Notes: generated by a model not told the origin, from the letters alone. Numbered from the stretch's first letter, positions 24,066 through 38,481 are shown. The stretch: DNA of 64,000 nt from Styela clava (GCF_964204865.1 NC_135251.1:15252001-15316000); one strand, 5' to 3'. Numbers and translations: made by a program.

Positions 24066-27000
24066 ATATGTCACGCACAATAATCAATTTTCCACGTTTT
24101 CACAGAACTTATTTAATCTTTAGGTTTATTTGTTTACTTCTAGAGGTGATTTGTACTGAAACTTTACGCCCAGAAATCAATTATCCACGTTTCTACGGCG
24201 TTGTTTGTAGCTTTCTTTTCTCCATTTTTCTTGTATTCGACTATAAACATAATCAAATGTATATATAGGGCTATAGAAGATTTCGTCAGACTTTGGTCAC
24301 ATTAACATATTTTTATTGTATAGTTAAGAGTCGAATTCGAATTACTTGTTGGTAATTTGAAAAAGGGGACATTTTAGTCAAAATTGTTACTGGTGCTTGT
24401 TACACAGCATGTGAGGTAAAATTCAACGACAGGGAGCGAGTTAATTGCTAAGTAGGTAAAATTCTTATGTTGAACTGATTATATTCACTAATGATTTTGC
24501 TGTTTCACCCTACCCTGACTCAATATTCGAAATTGTATTTTTAATTGAATTATTTTAATCAATATTAAATTTTGATTTACTATATTCAATCAGTATTTTT
24601 TCGTTACGTCATTGGTATCATTCATAGTCGCAAATTATAGTGTTATTGTATATTGATTGTTAAATTGATTAAATTGAATTGATCCCAACTGAGTTATTAA
24701 ATGTTTGTGTTATTCAGATTCATATATTTATTTTCGCCGAGCAGGAGACAGGCACGGATGGTTTACATTTATTTGTGGAAAATATATATGTAAGGAGTAT
24801 TTATATAATATTTGTCATATATTCTTAGTGTAATTGGATTGTTGCACTAGGACGATTATGGTTTTCGAAAAATGATGGCACTTAGAATGAAACAAATTAA
24901 ATCTTAATAAACCTCAACGCAAACCTATAGATAGTTGAATTTATTAATCTATGATTTTCATTTCTTAAACATAATCTATATGCTTCCATGTACAGTTTGG
25001 AGAGATTCAGACTAAACCTGCCCGCCGAGTGTTGAATAAAAACAATGCAGTACAACATTGGATGGATGTGATGGTGTATGTAACCGCATTACATCTTGAT
25101 AATAGAATCCCCAGCCCACTCCCATACCCCAGTAACGGGCTACTGCAACGTTTAAGTTGAAATGTTATAGAACCAAAACTTTCATTTTGGAGTATTGTAA
25201 GTAATTTGAGTAATATTTTTCAGTTCTACATTATAAATTTAAAAATATTTCAACCTTCGACTACAATATGGCAATTTGTACTGGTGTAAACCTAATACTT
25301 GTAACGTTTATTATATATGGAGATTTTTCGGAAGGTAAAACTTGCGGAACTCCTCTGAAAAAGGACATTGAATGGAATAAGGTGAGTGATTAGTAGAAAC
25401 TATGTTCTATGATGATAAATTTCATTAACTTTATGTAACAATCTTTTAGCTTCCAATGGGGCCTTATTATGATGTTCTGGATATCCCCAGATCACAAAAG
25501 CCAGTGGGGTGCTGGAATATTCAGAATATTACCGAAGAAAAAGATCGCGTGGTTATAGATTTGGCAACATTTTCGAGCAGGTATAGTATACCACTGCATT
25601 AACTGCCTAAGCATAATCACATAGTTATCACAATCACAGCATTTTGTTATCAGGCAACTCAGCATATTACCTATTCGTGTGGAGTTTTTCCGTACAAGAA
25701 AAAATGGTGTATACAAGATCAATAGATTTAGTGGTGAGTATATTTGGCGCTGCTATGGGTATTCCAACTTCTTACATATTATAAAAACTCACGTTGATGT
25801 TTCAACGATATGTTCTATATTTTGTGATTCAGAGTTGGAGTACAGAACGGCGTTTTATCATTTCAATGTTGATAGTAGCGTCGGAATACGGAAGCTTGCT
25901 CGTGCGGGTATGAACATTCTTTTTTTCTCTGAAATTTTTACTACTTGTGCTTTTTGGTGTTTCTTCTACTGGGAGGCTGTGTTAAAAACCTATTACTTTT
26001 TTGGCGAAACATTTTCGGGCAGTGTTGACTTTCACTGGTTTACATTTGTACACGTGGTATATTATTTTTATTTAATAATCATTGATGCAATTGGTATGGA
26101 GGCTATATGAGCTAAAATTAGATGCCCGTATGGCAGTTGCTCGAACATTTCTATAATTGTATTTGATCACAATGATGTAATCGAATACCAGTGGCAAGTG
26201 ATGTGAGCCGTCGGTCAGTCGTAAAATTTGGGAGTCTGTCAGTCACGTAATTTTTTGAAAAGGCTCAGTAATTGAAAAGGGTTGGGAACCACTGCCCTGT
26301 GCGCATGAAAAGTATTAGCTTTTAGTGGGAGAACCCCGTAAATCTTACAAATTGACAAGCATTTAATTTAAAATGTTCTGATGTCGAATGAAGATGCTGC
26401 CGGCCTTTGTGCAAACATACGTCGGCAAGACTCCATCCTACTCTGCCATAGTGAATGATTATGTAAAGTAAAACCGATCTCATAAAATACTTTATTTTGG
26501 CTGAAATCGATAGCCAATCTGTACGAGTACAATAAAATCTTTCCTCGGGTTTACAGAGGCTGCGGACCTTGCTCAACACGAATTCATATTTCTGACTGAC
26601 TACCAGACTTATTTCATGTTCGTCGGTTTTCAAAAAGAAGGTAAGTTTGGTAGATTAAGGGCCATCGCAGACTTTTGATTTAGAACATGCTTTGTTAATT
26701 GTCTCCTATATAATATGTGTGTGGATTTTGATTTTCAACAGCTGCGGCATCTTAAAAATCAACTTGAAATCAATTGTCTCGAAATAATTTGTTTTTAACA
26801 CGGTTATTCATTACTAAATGATTTTTTATTAAACTTATATAGGCGTATGGTTTACGTGTGGTCAGAACTTTGAATCTTTTATTTTAATTGACTCTATCTG
26901 TCAACTTGTTCAATTAGTATTTAGTTCTATATTTTATTTTCATTGTCAGGTTGGATAGCGTACGTAAAAGCGACCACACCACAGATCACAGTCAGTCAAT

Positions 27001-27290
27001 TAAACGACATATCGAATACACTAGTTGAGAATGGATTGAAAGCGTCGGTGATGGTTTTAAAAAATGAGTGTCTGAATGATGGCAATCCGGGAAGTGGTGT
27101 TGTTATTGTGTAAAAATATTTACGTGGCATATATCAAAATATAGTTGTAAATAGTCGGAATGCTTCAACAAAAATTAATGTACCATTTATTTTTCGTCAA
27201 TCTTATAATAAGATTCACAAATCTTCATTTGCTTTCAGTCACAGAGAAAAAGCAAGCAAAAATTTTAGAATGGGTCATAGTATCATAAAG
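24066..27290 (+). repeat. Segmental duplication unit 3
   Basis: Collinear with units 1 and 2 from the shared upstream motif through the last lipocalin exon. Confidence 0.85.
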
Positions 27291-27356
27291 TATAAACAAA
27301 GTGCAGTTACAAAATATCTACCAAAATTATTGCAAAACCCTATTTGTGAACTTTAG
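25268..27356 (+). CDS. Lipocalin-like protein, copy 3
   Basis: Exons 25268-25381, 25450-25580, 25654-25733, 25833-25907, 26557-26640, 26950-(27109 or stop at 27113), putative 27239-27356. Exon 1-6 lengths identical to copy 1. FLTDYQTYFMFVGF. Confidence 0.85.
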
Positions 27357-28480
27357 AAAATTTTTCAGTAGGCCTACGTAAAGTGTTATCAAGAAAAAGC
27401 CTTTTTTTGTTATAATTGTACGTGCATTCGTTGCATAACTATCTGGTAAATCTTCTAGGAATGACATTATTTGGTCGTACCGATATCATACTTACAACCC
27501 CATGTGTATATTCCTTAATATATAGCTCAATAGGCATGCTGCAAAATTTTTTTGGACTAGCACAAAAGTTTGTAGGGAATATTAGTAATTTGCACAAAAT
27601 GATGATTCAGATAGATCTAAACTAGTCAAAAAACCTTTTTCTTATTCGAAAAAAACTCTCTTACCTAACACGTTTGTACCACATAAGCTAAAACTCTAAT
27701 TGTCCCTTTAGCAAAAGTATAACTCATTTAACACGTCACTGTGAATCTGTTTACGATAGCGTCGAACTTCTATATATATAAGTCGTACGCTATTGTAGCA
27801 GTGGGCAGTGACGGGTGAAGAGTGGAGTAAAGAAGTAATCAGCATCAACAATGTATTCATTAATATAAAATAAAGATATCCTAGTTTTCTAATTGCTCGA
27901 TTTTCTTCATGTGTATTATCTATTGTATTTAAAATAGTAAAATTAGGTAACGATTCCGTTTCCGCTGATATGTACAATGTCAATTCTGAGACACGGTTGG
28001 CTTTGCCATTGAAACAAAACTATATTCTATTCTTTTATGACTTCCCCAATACAGTACTTTGGTTTTTACAGAAACACATCTTCTTAGTAAGTCAAACAAA
28101 TAACACTTTGCAAATTAAGCCCTATTTTTATCGTAAAGCCGTAGAGACACAAAGCATATATATGCTTCTTTTTTAATTTGAGAGTAACCAATGAATTTCA
28201 TTTTTTCCTGTTGCATGTTGGTCTGAAAAAAAAATGCATTCAAGTGGTAATTATACTGTACTATAAGAGCATCGTCTCATGGCAGGAGGTTTTTGTTGAT
28301 CGCTGACTAGGCCCTTTTTTGTGTTGATAACAACAAGAATATTTACAAAATCTATAGGTGGACGTTTAACGACCGAAAACTTTTGGGAAGGACATAACTC
28401 TTGCTTAATTTGAATATGCAAACATTACTTACTGCTCGTGCGTTATAATTGAATTATAACAATGTCCGAATCTTGGTGTG

Positions 28481-31400
28481 TTATTGGTCCCTTCTAATAT
28501 AAAGTAATCAAGACTTGGGGAAGGTGTCCTGTGTGACACGACAAAAAACTAATAAAATTATTTAAATACTTACTGTAATTCAGTTGTGTCAGTTTTGTCG
28601 AGCTGGCATTGAAAAATAAAATGAAGTAGCCTTTTATATCTTCTCTTAAATGCGGGATTCATAGCGCCATATATAATAAAATTTAGACAAGAGTTTGTTA
28701 ACGCCAGCCACACTAAAAACTAAAAAAATGTGTATGGTATTACATAGCACAGGTGTTTGTAAGTAATAGCAACATATCCATTCATTTACTTCAATGTTTT
28801 TATATGATTAGTTTGCTACGAGTACGTTGTTAGAAAACATATACTGCAACCACTACACATATGCTAGTATTTGAAGTAAACGTTAAGAAATGATCGATTT
28901 CTATTGAAATTCAATATTTGAACAATTAAGCCTATATGCAATCATATAAGATCTAATAAGTAATGACATCGTGGTGATAACTCATTTCATGATATTAATA
29001 TAGGTAATTATGTAGGCTACGTACGGTAACCGATTATTAAGTAATGTACTGTTGATATGCATAAAGAAGTGATTCAATTTTTGTAATAATATCATTTGAA
29101 TATAGTTTATATCTTTCTTCAATTTTAGAAAGGGTTTAAATTAAGTTAAAGTCAGCCGTTATTCAGATTTCTCGAAAAATAAATTTTTTCTTCCTTCTAT
29201 TGTTTTCATACCGTTAATGTTTAGTAAAACAAACACACCTTTTTCAAGTGTGGCCTTATATCTCCTGGGTTTATCATAACATGTAGGGCATATGGAGTCC
29301 AACACACAAAGAATATTACAACTGCAGTAAGCAAAGTGTATGTGAGATTTCTTTCTCTTCTAAGCGAAGGTTTTCTATCAGAATAATTGGCCAAAGATGT
29401 TGAACCCTTTTTCCTAAGGTTTCTAACCCAGCTTCTGTTTTTGTTCACTTTTCTATAAAATCAAAATGATGAGATGTATTTTCGCAATGCTCTGTATTAG
29501 ATATTTTTATTCAGTATTTTATTTCTTATCTATATTATTAATTATTGTTAAAATCTTTGATATATTTTCACTACAATAAATTACAGATTCGTTACATTAC
29601 ACACATATAAATTTCCGAAAATTGTGATGTCGCTGATTTGAAAATAACTAACATACACCGGTATCGGTACATTACTATACTCACCTGAGAATTTCAAAAT
29701 AACAAAATAGTATAGTCATCAAAGGTAAGACTACGGCTGCCAGAATGAGGGCAATCGAATATGATAATGAAGCCATGTCATGCCAAGCACAAATCAACGA
29801 TTTTGCATCATATCTAGAAGTAAATGTTAGTGTGTAGGTATATATATGTCAGAAAAGGGCATGATCTTTTATATTTTAGACAATAGTAAGTCTAAGTTCC
29901 CTATGGTAAGGGTGACCAGAAAGCAAAAGCAACTTCAAAATGTATAAATATGCAACCTGATGCATTTATTTCTAGCTTTCTCAAATGTGTATTCTTAAAA
30001 TAGCGCAGAGGACACTAAGAGAAATTAAATATTGGAGAAAAATTCCTGATTAAAATTCGTTTGTGTAAATGTGACTCAATGCGAGAATTTGGTCAAACCG
30101 TAAATAATTGAAATCTTTGATACATTTTTTCGGGTTCATTATAAAATGTACTTACGTGATTTCTCCCCATCCAGCCAATGTTGGCATTGTGATTAGGCAT
30201 GACCAAATCCATGACATTATTGCCATAAAGATTCCGACATTTTTAGTGAAGTATTTTCGATAAGAAACTAGTTTTACTATCGCCCAGTATCTGAACAAAT
30301 AATACATATGTTTAGATTGTTTACTAGTATTGATTTCATGGTGCGAAGAAACGACCCTAAATAAAAGTTTAAATGTTTATTTCTGCATCTAAGATTAACT
30401 ATTTGAATAAAACTACTTTAGTATTTAAACGACTCTAATTATGTACTTTAAATAAGTCTATCAATCATACCATTTGGGAAATATGAAGCCTCGATTGGAC
30501 TTAATTGAACTATGGTTAAAGGCCGAATGCCTGATTTTTTGGAAACTTGAAATATACACCAAAACCTTCTAGTGGGAAGGAAGAGACAAAAGAATGTTTG
30601 GTATGTCTATGAGGTGAGAACAACCTTATCGTCTGTTTTTGCTTTGTTAGACGATTACTCAAATAACTTTTTTTCTTACAAAAAAAATTAAAAACCATAC
30701 CTATTGAATGCAATCAGAGCCATATTAGCCAAAGAAGAAACACAAGTAATGGTGACTATGAATCCAATTATCTGACAAAATATTCCATCAACGATTCTTT
30801 CGCTTCTTATTATTGATGCTGCTATGCAAGGTAAGGTCACGGAACACACCTACCAGTAGAAGTCAATGTGAATGAAGCGTAAGATTTGCTCTGAAAGCAA
30901 ATACTGTAAGATTCGTTGGCGCGATATAAATATATATATCGATATTTTCGCATATTAATCTAAATTCTAGTCTAGGAATAAAATTCACAAAGGCCAGTTC
31001 GTGTTTTTCAACAAACTGACTCTTCTACAAATACCGTTATTCATATGAATTTATTCTTGCCCTGAATGTAGTTAATTTTTTGTACTCTTTATTAGTGGTA
31101 TATCAACCAATAACAAAGAAAATTGCAAGAACATTTTATATTCTTTGTAAGACTCAAGTTAGGATTATCTCACCAATACATCAGCCACTGCCAAATTAAT
31201 GATAAAGATATTCCCAGATGAATGCACTTTCTTCTCTAGCACGATTGAAAATATAACGATCAAATTACCGATTGTTCCGAGAAGTATTATTGACATGATG
31301 TAAATAAACTCGAAGTACTGTGAAACGAAAAAAAAATTCTGAATATTACAAAAATTAATGAAAATAGAAATATTTTGCGCTTTGCATTGGTTTTAATATT

Positions 31401-31487
31401 TAAAATACTTGCCTGCAAAGTTCCAAAATTTGGCCAGTAATTCGTGTCGTGATGTTGTGGGGAAACTGTAGAATTTTCATCTTCCAT
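28481..31487 (-). CDS. Rhodopsin-class GPCR, melatonin-receptor-like, copy A
   Basis: Exons 31487-31413, 31317-31174, 30849-30701, 30290-30156, 29813-29685, 29452-29239, 28719-28574, putative 28493-28481 (or stop at 28570 if unspliced). 7 TM with GN, NLAVAD, FNRY, CWTP, NFIIYG. Intron 1 is GC-AG. Confidence 0.9.
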
Positions 31488-33965
31488 CTCGAATATTATT
31501 TAAGCTCTTGATGCGTCAATTTTCAGCTATGATAAAAACTAGTTCATCCGCGATCCTTTCTCTGCCAGCATGTACTTTTTACAAATACAAATAAAATACC
31601 ACCACATGTTCAGGCGGATCAGCTAAAGCTGACTGCCCGAATGTGCCATATATCAACTCGCAAATTCCGACAAATAATAATTGATGGTAAACCACTCTAA
31701 CGGTTCGAGGAAATGATGAATTGTTTGATCTTAGTAAATACCACACGTTAATGGTCAGGCTGTGAAACAACTGTAAAATAGACAAAAAAATGTGTAGAAT
31801 AGAACGTAAAATTAACACTCTTCTGTTGCCATTTTGATTGAATTGTATTATAGCAAACAAATATACTAAAGGTGTATTGTGCTCGTTTACAACTGGTTGT
31901 GCGTTCTAGTGTAATTAGATTAGAGTATGTGATATAATCGTATATCTATTTCTTTTTATTAATGCTAAACCCAATTGAACTAGCAGGATGAACTTCTTTA
32001 CAGTGCACGTAAGAAAAGATGAAATGTAGGCAATACTTATACGGTCAATAAGCATACAAGGTATATAATAATCATATACCAGTTAACAGAAAAATGTCTT
32101 ATTCGTCATGATAACCTATTAAAAATCTATTAAGGTTGAGCGAAAAAGTAGTTATTCACATTTTTTCCCCTTGCTTGAAGGAAATTTTTCGGAAATACTA
32201 CAAATGTTTCGAATTTGAGACATACTTGAATTTGAGACATACTTTTGAAATTTAACCCCAACTTTCCGTGCTCGATTATAAATCATGCGTAAAAACGGTA
32301 AGAACAAAAAAAAAGCACTTTGATATTTAAATGCCAAACTGAATCCGGGTAATAAAACGACGTTGTTTACTAGTATCAAACATTTGGTAAATTCACCAAT
32401 AATTTCTCTACAATGAAAAGATTTTTCTCAAAGCCATATTTGCAAACGCCAATTAGATCAAGATTTTTATCTGTCCCAAACTCTATATTCGAACATAAAA
32501 ATTTTAACCAATTATTTTGTTGTATATCGCAAATGTTTATGATATGTCTAACAGTATTTTCCAAGGACACAATATGTTGCCTTCCTGACACGACATCATT
32601 AGTTGACGTAGGAAGCGCGTAACTACGAATGTAAATCATGTTTGCTAAGCATAGAACACAATATGGCAAGTATGTTGTTTAGAAATAACATCATAGCATA
32701 AAACAAACTTTTGTCCGTTTGAATTAATAATCTGTGTATGATAAATTTCACATAATGATACAGATACCACGACGTTTTCTACATATTTGTCTTGCAATAA
32801 AGCAAATTCGAACATGTGAAGTGCTTTAATTCAGTATTCTCTTTTGTTATATACCAGACATAAGGAGAAGCTTCAGCATAACAGTTTTCTCATTCACTCA
32901 AACTTCAAACAAACTAAATTCATCATGATTGCAGACAAACATAGCATACTAGTTTCATGCTTAAATGTTACGTCAAATTTTTCTTGCCTAAAACGTCAAC
33001 GATATTTCACCCAAACCTTGTTTTTTCTCATGAGTACACCTTCATGTAATAACATTCGATGCATTCGGCAAGGAAGTTTGCTGTAGCCATTTGACTTTCA
33101 TGCTGACAAAATTATACTTGAACAAGCTTTCTTGATCCCATATAAATTTACTACGCGGTAAAATTGTATGCGCGTTTATTGAAATACTCATGCACAATTT
33201 GGACACTAGTTTTTAATATACATTTTACTGTAATTCCGTGTTTTGTGGGACAGTTCGTTTCAGTTATGTGCCTTATCTTCACACATAAGCTTCAAAAAAC
33301 ACAGATATGATTCCAAAATCAAATGCATTTGCAGCAATTGCACATTACAAAACTTGAGTTTAAAATATTCAAATTTATTGGTTTCTAGTGGGATAATATT
33401 GGTATGGATATTATTGTAAATAAAAGCATGTGAGATAATTGCTAACAAAATTATGACGATCAAAATTTATATATTTTCTGTAGGATTTCGTCCAATGCAA
33501 TTCTGAAAGCCTGCATTGGGAAATACATTGGTACACTGGTAAAGAGATACCCCTACACAATATACGTGTACTCCGACAATAAATACTCCGACTTTCAGCT
33601 GTGTTACTGATATGCATCCTATACGACCATATCTCGAAATCAACTATTTTTATTAGACTAACATCATATGGGTGAAACTATAAACTAATATTGAAATTCA
33701 TATATTATATACATAAAAAAAACATAAAAATTTCCAAACAATAATTACATAACAATTTGTGAAAAATATTCACGTAAACAAATATGATTGAGTTTAATGA
33801 ATGACCAACGAATAGAAGGATGACAACAAAGACGAAGCTCTTTGACAACCATTTTTTCTCATTCTTCTTCTCTGTTGCTCTTGCGATAATTCGTTTTTCT
33901 TGACGACATCACTGAGTCACTAAATCAAAGAAAATTGAAATTCCCATTGGCGTTAGAAGTAACAC

Positions 33966-36900
33966 TCAAATGAGTATACTAATTAGTTTTCTGAGAATGC
34001 ACTGAGCGAGAAGGTTGTTTTGTGAGAGCGTACTATAGAAAGAATGAAACCAATAAAAAAGACTATTTTTTAAAAAAATATTCGGCTCAATAACATTTTT
34101 TGTAATTCCTTGAGTAAAATATTTTAATATTTCGGTTAGTTAGTTATAAAACAAAATTAATTCATATAATATTGAAAATTAATGTTAAAAAAACTCTTTT
34201 CTAAACTCACCGCATTGATTCAGAATGTCCAGTGTTCTTTTTTAAGCAAAAAATGAATCTGAAGAGTTTTTTGTATCTTTTTTTAAACGCATTATTCATT
34301 GTTCCGTATATTATAAAATTCACACATGAGTTGCTGAGTGCCAACCACACAAAAAACTGAAACAAAAATTAAAAGATTTTTTAACATCTTTTTATAACAA
34401 TTACATGTAGGTTGTACACGACCATGAGAGGGTAACTTTGCTTGAAACTGTCATTAACTTATGGATTCTCGTACCCAAGATTATATATGGGAAGTAAAAG
34501 TCTCATAGCTCGTCATTATAGTGTAGAAAGCTATTTAGTTTAGATATATATTAAACTTCTAGGCTACCCTCAGGACTGCGATTAATATTCTAAGGTTTGG
34601 GCATTAGGGCACTCGCTTGTGATTTGAAAAAAGTCACAATCAACAGAATTATACCAAAAATTGCTATGAGGCACTTTCTTGAATGCTGATCCCAAATTTT
34701 GATTCACTTTACCATTTAGTATCGCAAAACTGAAGTAATGTCAAAGATATTTTACCGATTTGATGAAAAATAAATCTCTTTGTGAGTGAGATATCTACCT
34801 ACCTTCTTAGCATGTGGTCTCACGTCTTCAGGCTTTATTAAAGCATGTGCAGCATACGGAGTCCAGCAAACAAAAAACACAATCACCGTTGTTAACAATG
34901 TATTTATTAGACTCCTCGTCGCTTTCATTGAATGAGACGCAGCGCCTTGCGATGAAACACTCCTTCTACCGAGACTTTCCACATTTTTACTGCTTTGGCG
35001 GACTTCTCTAAAATTGGTTTTCGAATAAATTAAGTGTGGATAAAGTTGAGTGATTTCCTAAATATTTTTACCTGAAAATTTTGTAGTAGCAAAATATGAT
35101 AATTGCTAACGGTAAAAGCACTGCCATGCCGATAAGAAACAATGAGTAGGACATCGACTTTGTTTCGTCCCATCCACACACCAACGACTTTGGACTGTAT
35201 CTAAGAATGATTATTTTATGGATTTGGTAATCATGGTTTATTACAGAAGTAAAATAATAAAATAAAATTTCCTATTCTTACATGATTACGCCCCATCCTA
35301 GCAAGAGAGGCATTGTTAGGAGGATTGACCATGACGCGATTGTCAATGTAATCCCGATACGTTTAGTGAAAATTCGACGATGGGACGCAGGTTTCACAAT
35401 AGCCCAGTACCTTGAAAATAGAGAGGAATTTTTGAAGCGTCTTTTCAATTAAATCAATATTGCATTGCAGATAATTAAATCTCTTATGCTTACATTGTTT
35501 GCTTTGGTTGGGAGCAACATTGACTTATTTTTAATTACATGAAAAACCTGTTGTGAGTTCGAATATACGGATTATGTACCATCTTTTAAAATATTTATAT
35601 CGGTCAATTTAAATTTAATGCCTATGTATACATACATACATACAGTAATTTAAATCATCAAAAATTTTTGGGAACATAAATAAGGATTAGAGTATTTTAG
35701 ACTTTAGAGTATTATGCGATATCATGTGAAACAATTAATTAATTTTTACATTAGTTACTGCCACAGTTAGTGTAAAGTTTCTATCTTGGAGGATATTATT
35801 ACTCTAATTTACAGAATGGACTAAGGTGAGTGGATGGTTTTGTAGAAACTGTTTCCTTACAGTATATTGTACCTAGTGAGAACTGAAGAAAGTATAGTTA
35901 AATGAATTATTTGCTTGTGTACTAACCGGTTAGCGGCAATCAATGTCAAATTACATAGAGAGCAAGCACACGTTGTCGTAGCCAATAATCCGGCTATTTT
36001 ACAAACAACGTCGTCTAGTGTTCTATCTCCTTTTATTACCGTTGCCGCTGTGCATGGCAGAATGACGGAACATACCTGTATTTCAAAATAGTTATATTCG
36101 ATAACCGCACAAAGTCTCTTTAACAAAAGTTCACCCGTTTGCGGTGGAATGAATGAGTGATAAGCAATCAAATTGTTTGAATTTGTCCGCTGAAGTGGGT
36201 ATTCAAAAGCATGTTCGCTATTTCTAATTATTCATAGAGCCAAACCTCGGTATCTTACTGTCATGTGGACGCGAACATTATGATAAATATGAGCAAATTG
36301 AATTTATTGAACAATAACTTCAATAACCAATACTTGCCAAAAAGTCAGCAATTGCCAGATTAATTATGAATATATTTCCGCCAGAATGTACTTTCTTGTC
36401 TAATATAATGGAAAATATAACGATGAGATTGCCGAAGGTTCCAATTATGATCACTGCGAATAGGTATACAGCTTCGAGGCACTAAAACACAAAATATATA
36501 AGTTGGTGATTTGGCTAGAGTTTTGTTTAATCACATTCACAGCAATACATTTGTATTTACAATTTAAAAAAAAGACAAAATGCAAATATTATACCTCAAC
36601 TAATTTCAAAACTGTTTTATGATGTGCACTTTTGATACAGATGGAATTTTCTATACCTACGGCCAATATTGTTCTACAGTAATACCAAACAGACATTCAC
36701 AAATCGGATTTCCGAACAACGGTTGATTTTTCAAACTGGGCTTTAGAAAGGGTACATGATTAATAAGTCCGCGTAAGAAAAACCTAAATGAACGACAATC
36801 ATGAAATTGTTTTGTTATCGAGGAAAATGTAGTGTATTTCCAAAACAGCGATCTTATCGATATGGCTATTCTTACAATTGAAAAAAGAAATTCTTCAAAT

Positions 36901-37479
36901 GTTCATTTTCAATAAACTATCAATTAATTTGAAACTTGAAATTTCATTTTGAATTAACCAGATGGCACGTCGCATACTATATGTGTACTTATTTATCTAA
37001 TTACTTTCAGGTGTAATCGACCTTCTGGCAATAATTCTTATCTTATAAATTGTTTTCAGTACGTCAATAGGAAATAAATGATCTAGTCAAACAATATCCA
37101 TACGATATGTTTGGTGCGCTTGCAACTTCATGTATTTATTTGTTTTTGCACATTTATGAGCAACTGCGAGTTTGAACTTCACTTTAAGATACTTTTTGAT
37201 CAGTTTTTATGTACTGATTGATTCATGCAAGAATGCGAGAATTTATATTTTAATCACTTGTACTTTCTAATTATAATATTATTGCAAACTCTTGTAATTC
37301 AATTCTGCACATGATTCACATACTTTGATCTATAGATTCATACTGCAATAAAATTTGATTATTCATGAAAACAATATTATAGGCGAATAGATCATACATA
37401 TATATTTGGAACACATTAAAATTAATCTTACCTGCAAAGCTCCAATTTCTGACCAATAAATCTCTTCTGTGTTATTCAT
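33966..37479 (-). CDS. Rhodopsin-class GPCR, melatonin-receptor-like, copy B
   Basis: Exons 37479-37432, 36481-36338, 36075-35927, 35410-35282, 35200-35072, 35007-34803, 34356-34211, putative 34032-33966. NLAIAD, ANRY, CWTP, NFIIYG. Intron 2 is GC-AG. Confidence 0.9.
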
Positions 37480-38268
37480 TCTATAAGTTCATTAATTTTC
37501 TACTTTTCAACCAACCGAAATTCAAATGCTTTTATTCGAAATATAAAATGAGCTTTGCATACGCACATGTAGACGATTATACTTATATAAAAGATCATTT
37601 CAACGACTATATCGACACTAACCAAACGTAAGGTATGACATAGCCCATAAATGCTTCCTTACTCATACAAACAAACAGATTTTTTATTGGTACTTGGCGT
37701 CTTCCGATAATTTGTTTCTATTGTTGACGTGTTTTGAGTAATTACGTCTATAAAACGACTCGTCGTAAAATATAGATTTCTGTTTTCATAAAGTGAATTT
37801 TTTGTATACTTCAGCGGGAAAAATATAGATTATAATAGATTACAATTATTTTTCATGACGTGATTCAGTGTTGTACGTCAGATCAAAACTAGAAAACTAT
37901 CTATTAGTTTTTTGAAAAATCCTAGTACTACTGCATTTTAAGATAGCCAAGTGTTAGTACTATGGGTGGGGTCGTGGGATTCAGTTAAATTCGAAGTAAA
38001 AGAAAATACTTTATTCTCAATTACTGTAAAATACTACAAACTAACATGAATTGTGGAAAACACTCCACGTACAGCCATCAAATGAAACTATTATATTAAA
38101 GAACGAACAATCCTAAAATTGCAGACATACTGCAACGATGTATTCACAATTCAGTTAACATATAAATACCACGCATTTTATTAAATATCACACGCAGTGA
38201 ATATTTTAGTCTTCCATGAATACTAGGTAATTCTAAAATTTAATTACTCCTTATTTTTATACAAATTT

Positions 38269-38481
38269 GGGAGCTCCAGAAGTATGTGTACAATATGGGG
38301 ATAACTAATTTTGTTCGCCTACTTTACATCAAGTTGTGGTAAGGGACAGAAGCCTGTGGCAGGGGGTATATTCACTTGGCTAACATAAAAAGATCCCTAA
38401 ACTCGTAATGAAACTAAAAAAGGGAAAAAATGAAAATAAAATTATGGCCTAACCGTAACCTGGTACACATAATTAGTACCC
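38269..38481. mobile_element. MITE (family of 2124/9785/62898)
   Basis: GGAGCTCCAGAAGTATGTGTAC start and CCTAACCGTAACCTGGTACACATA motif shared with other copies. Confidence 0.55.
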
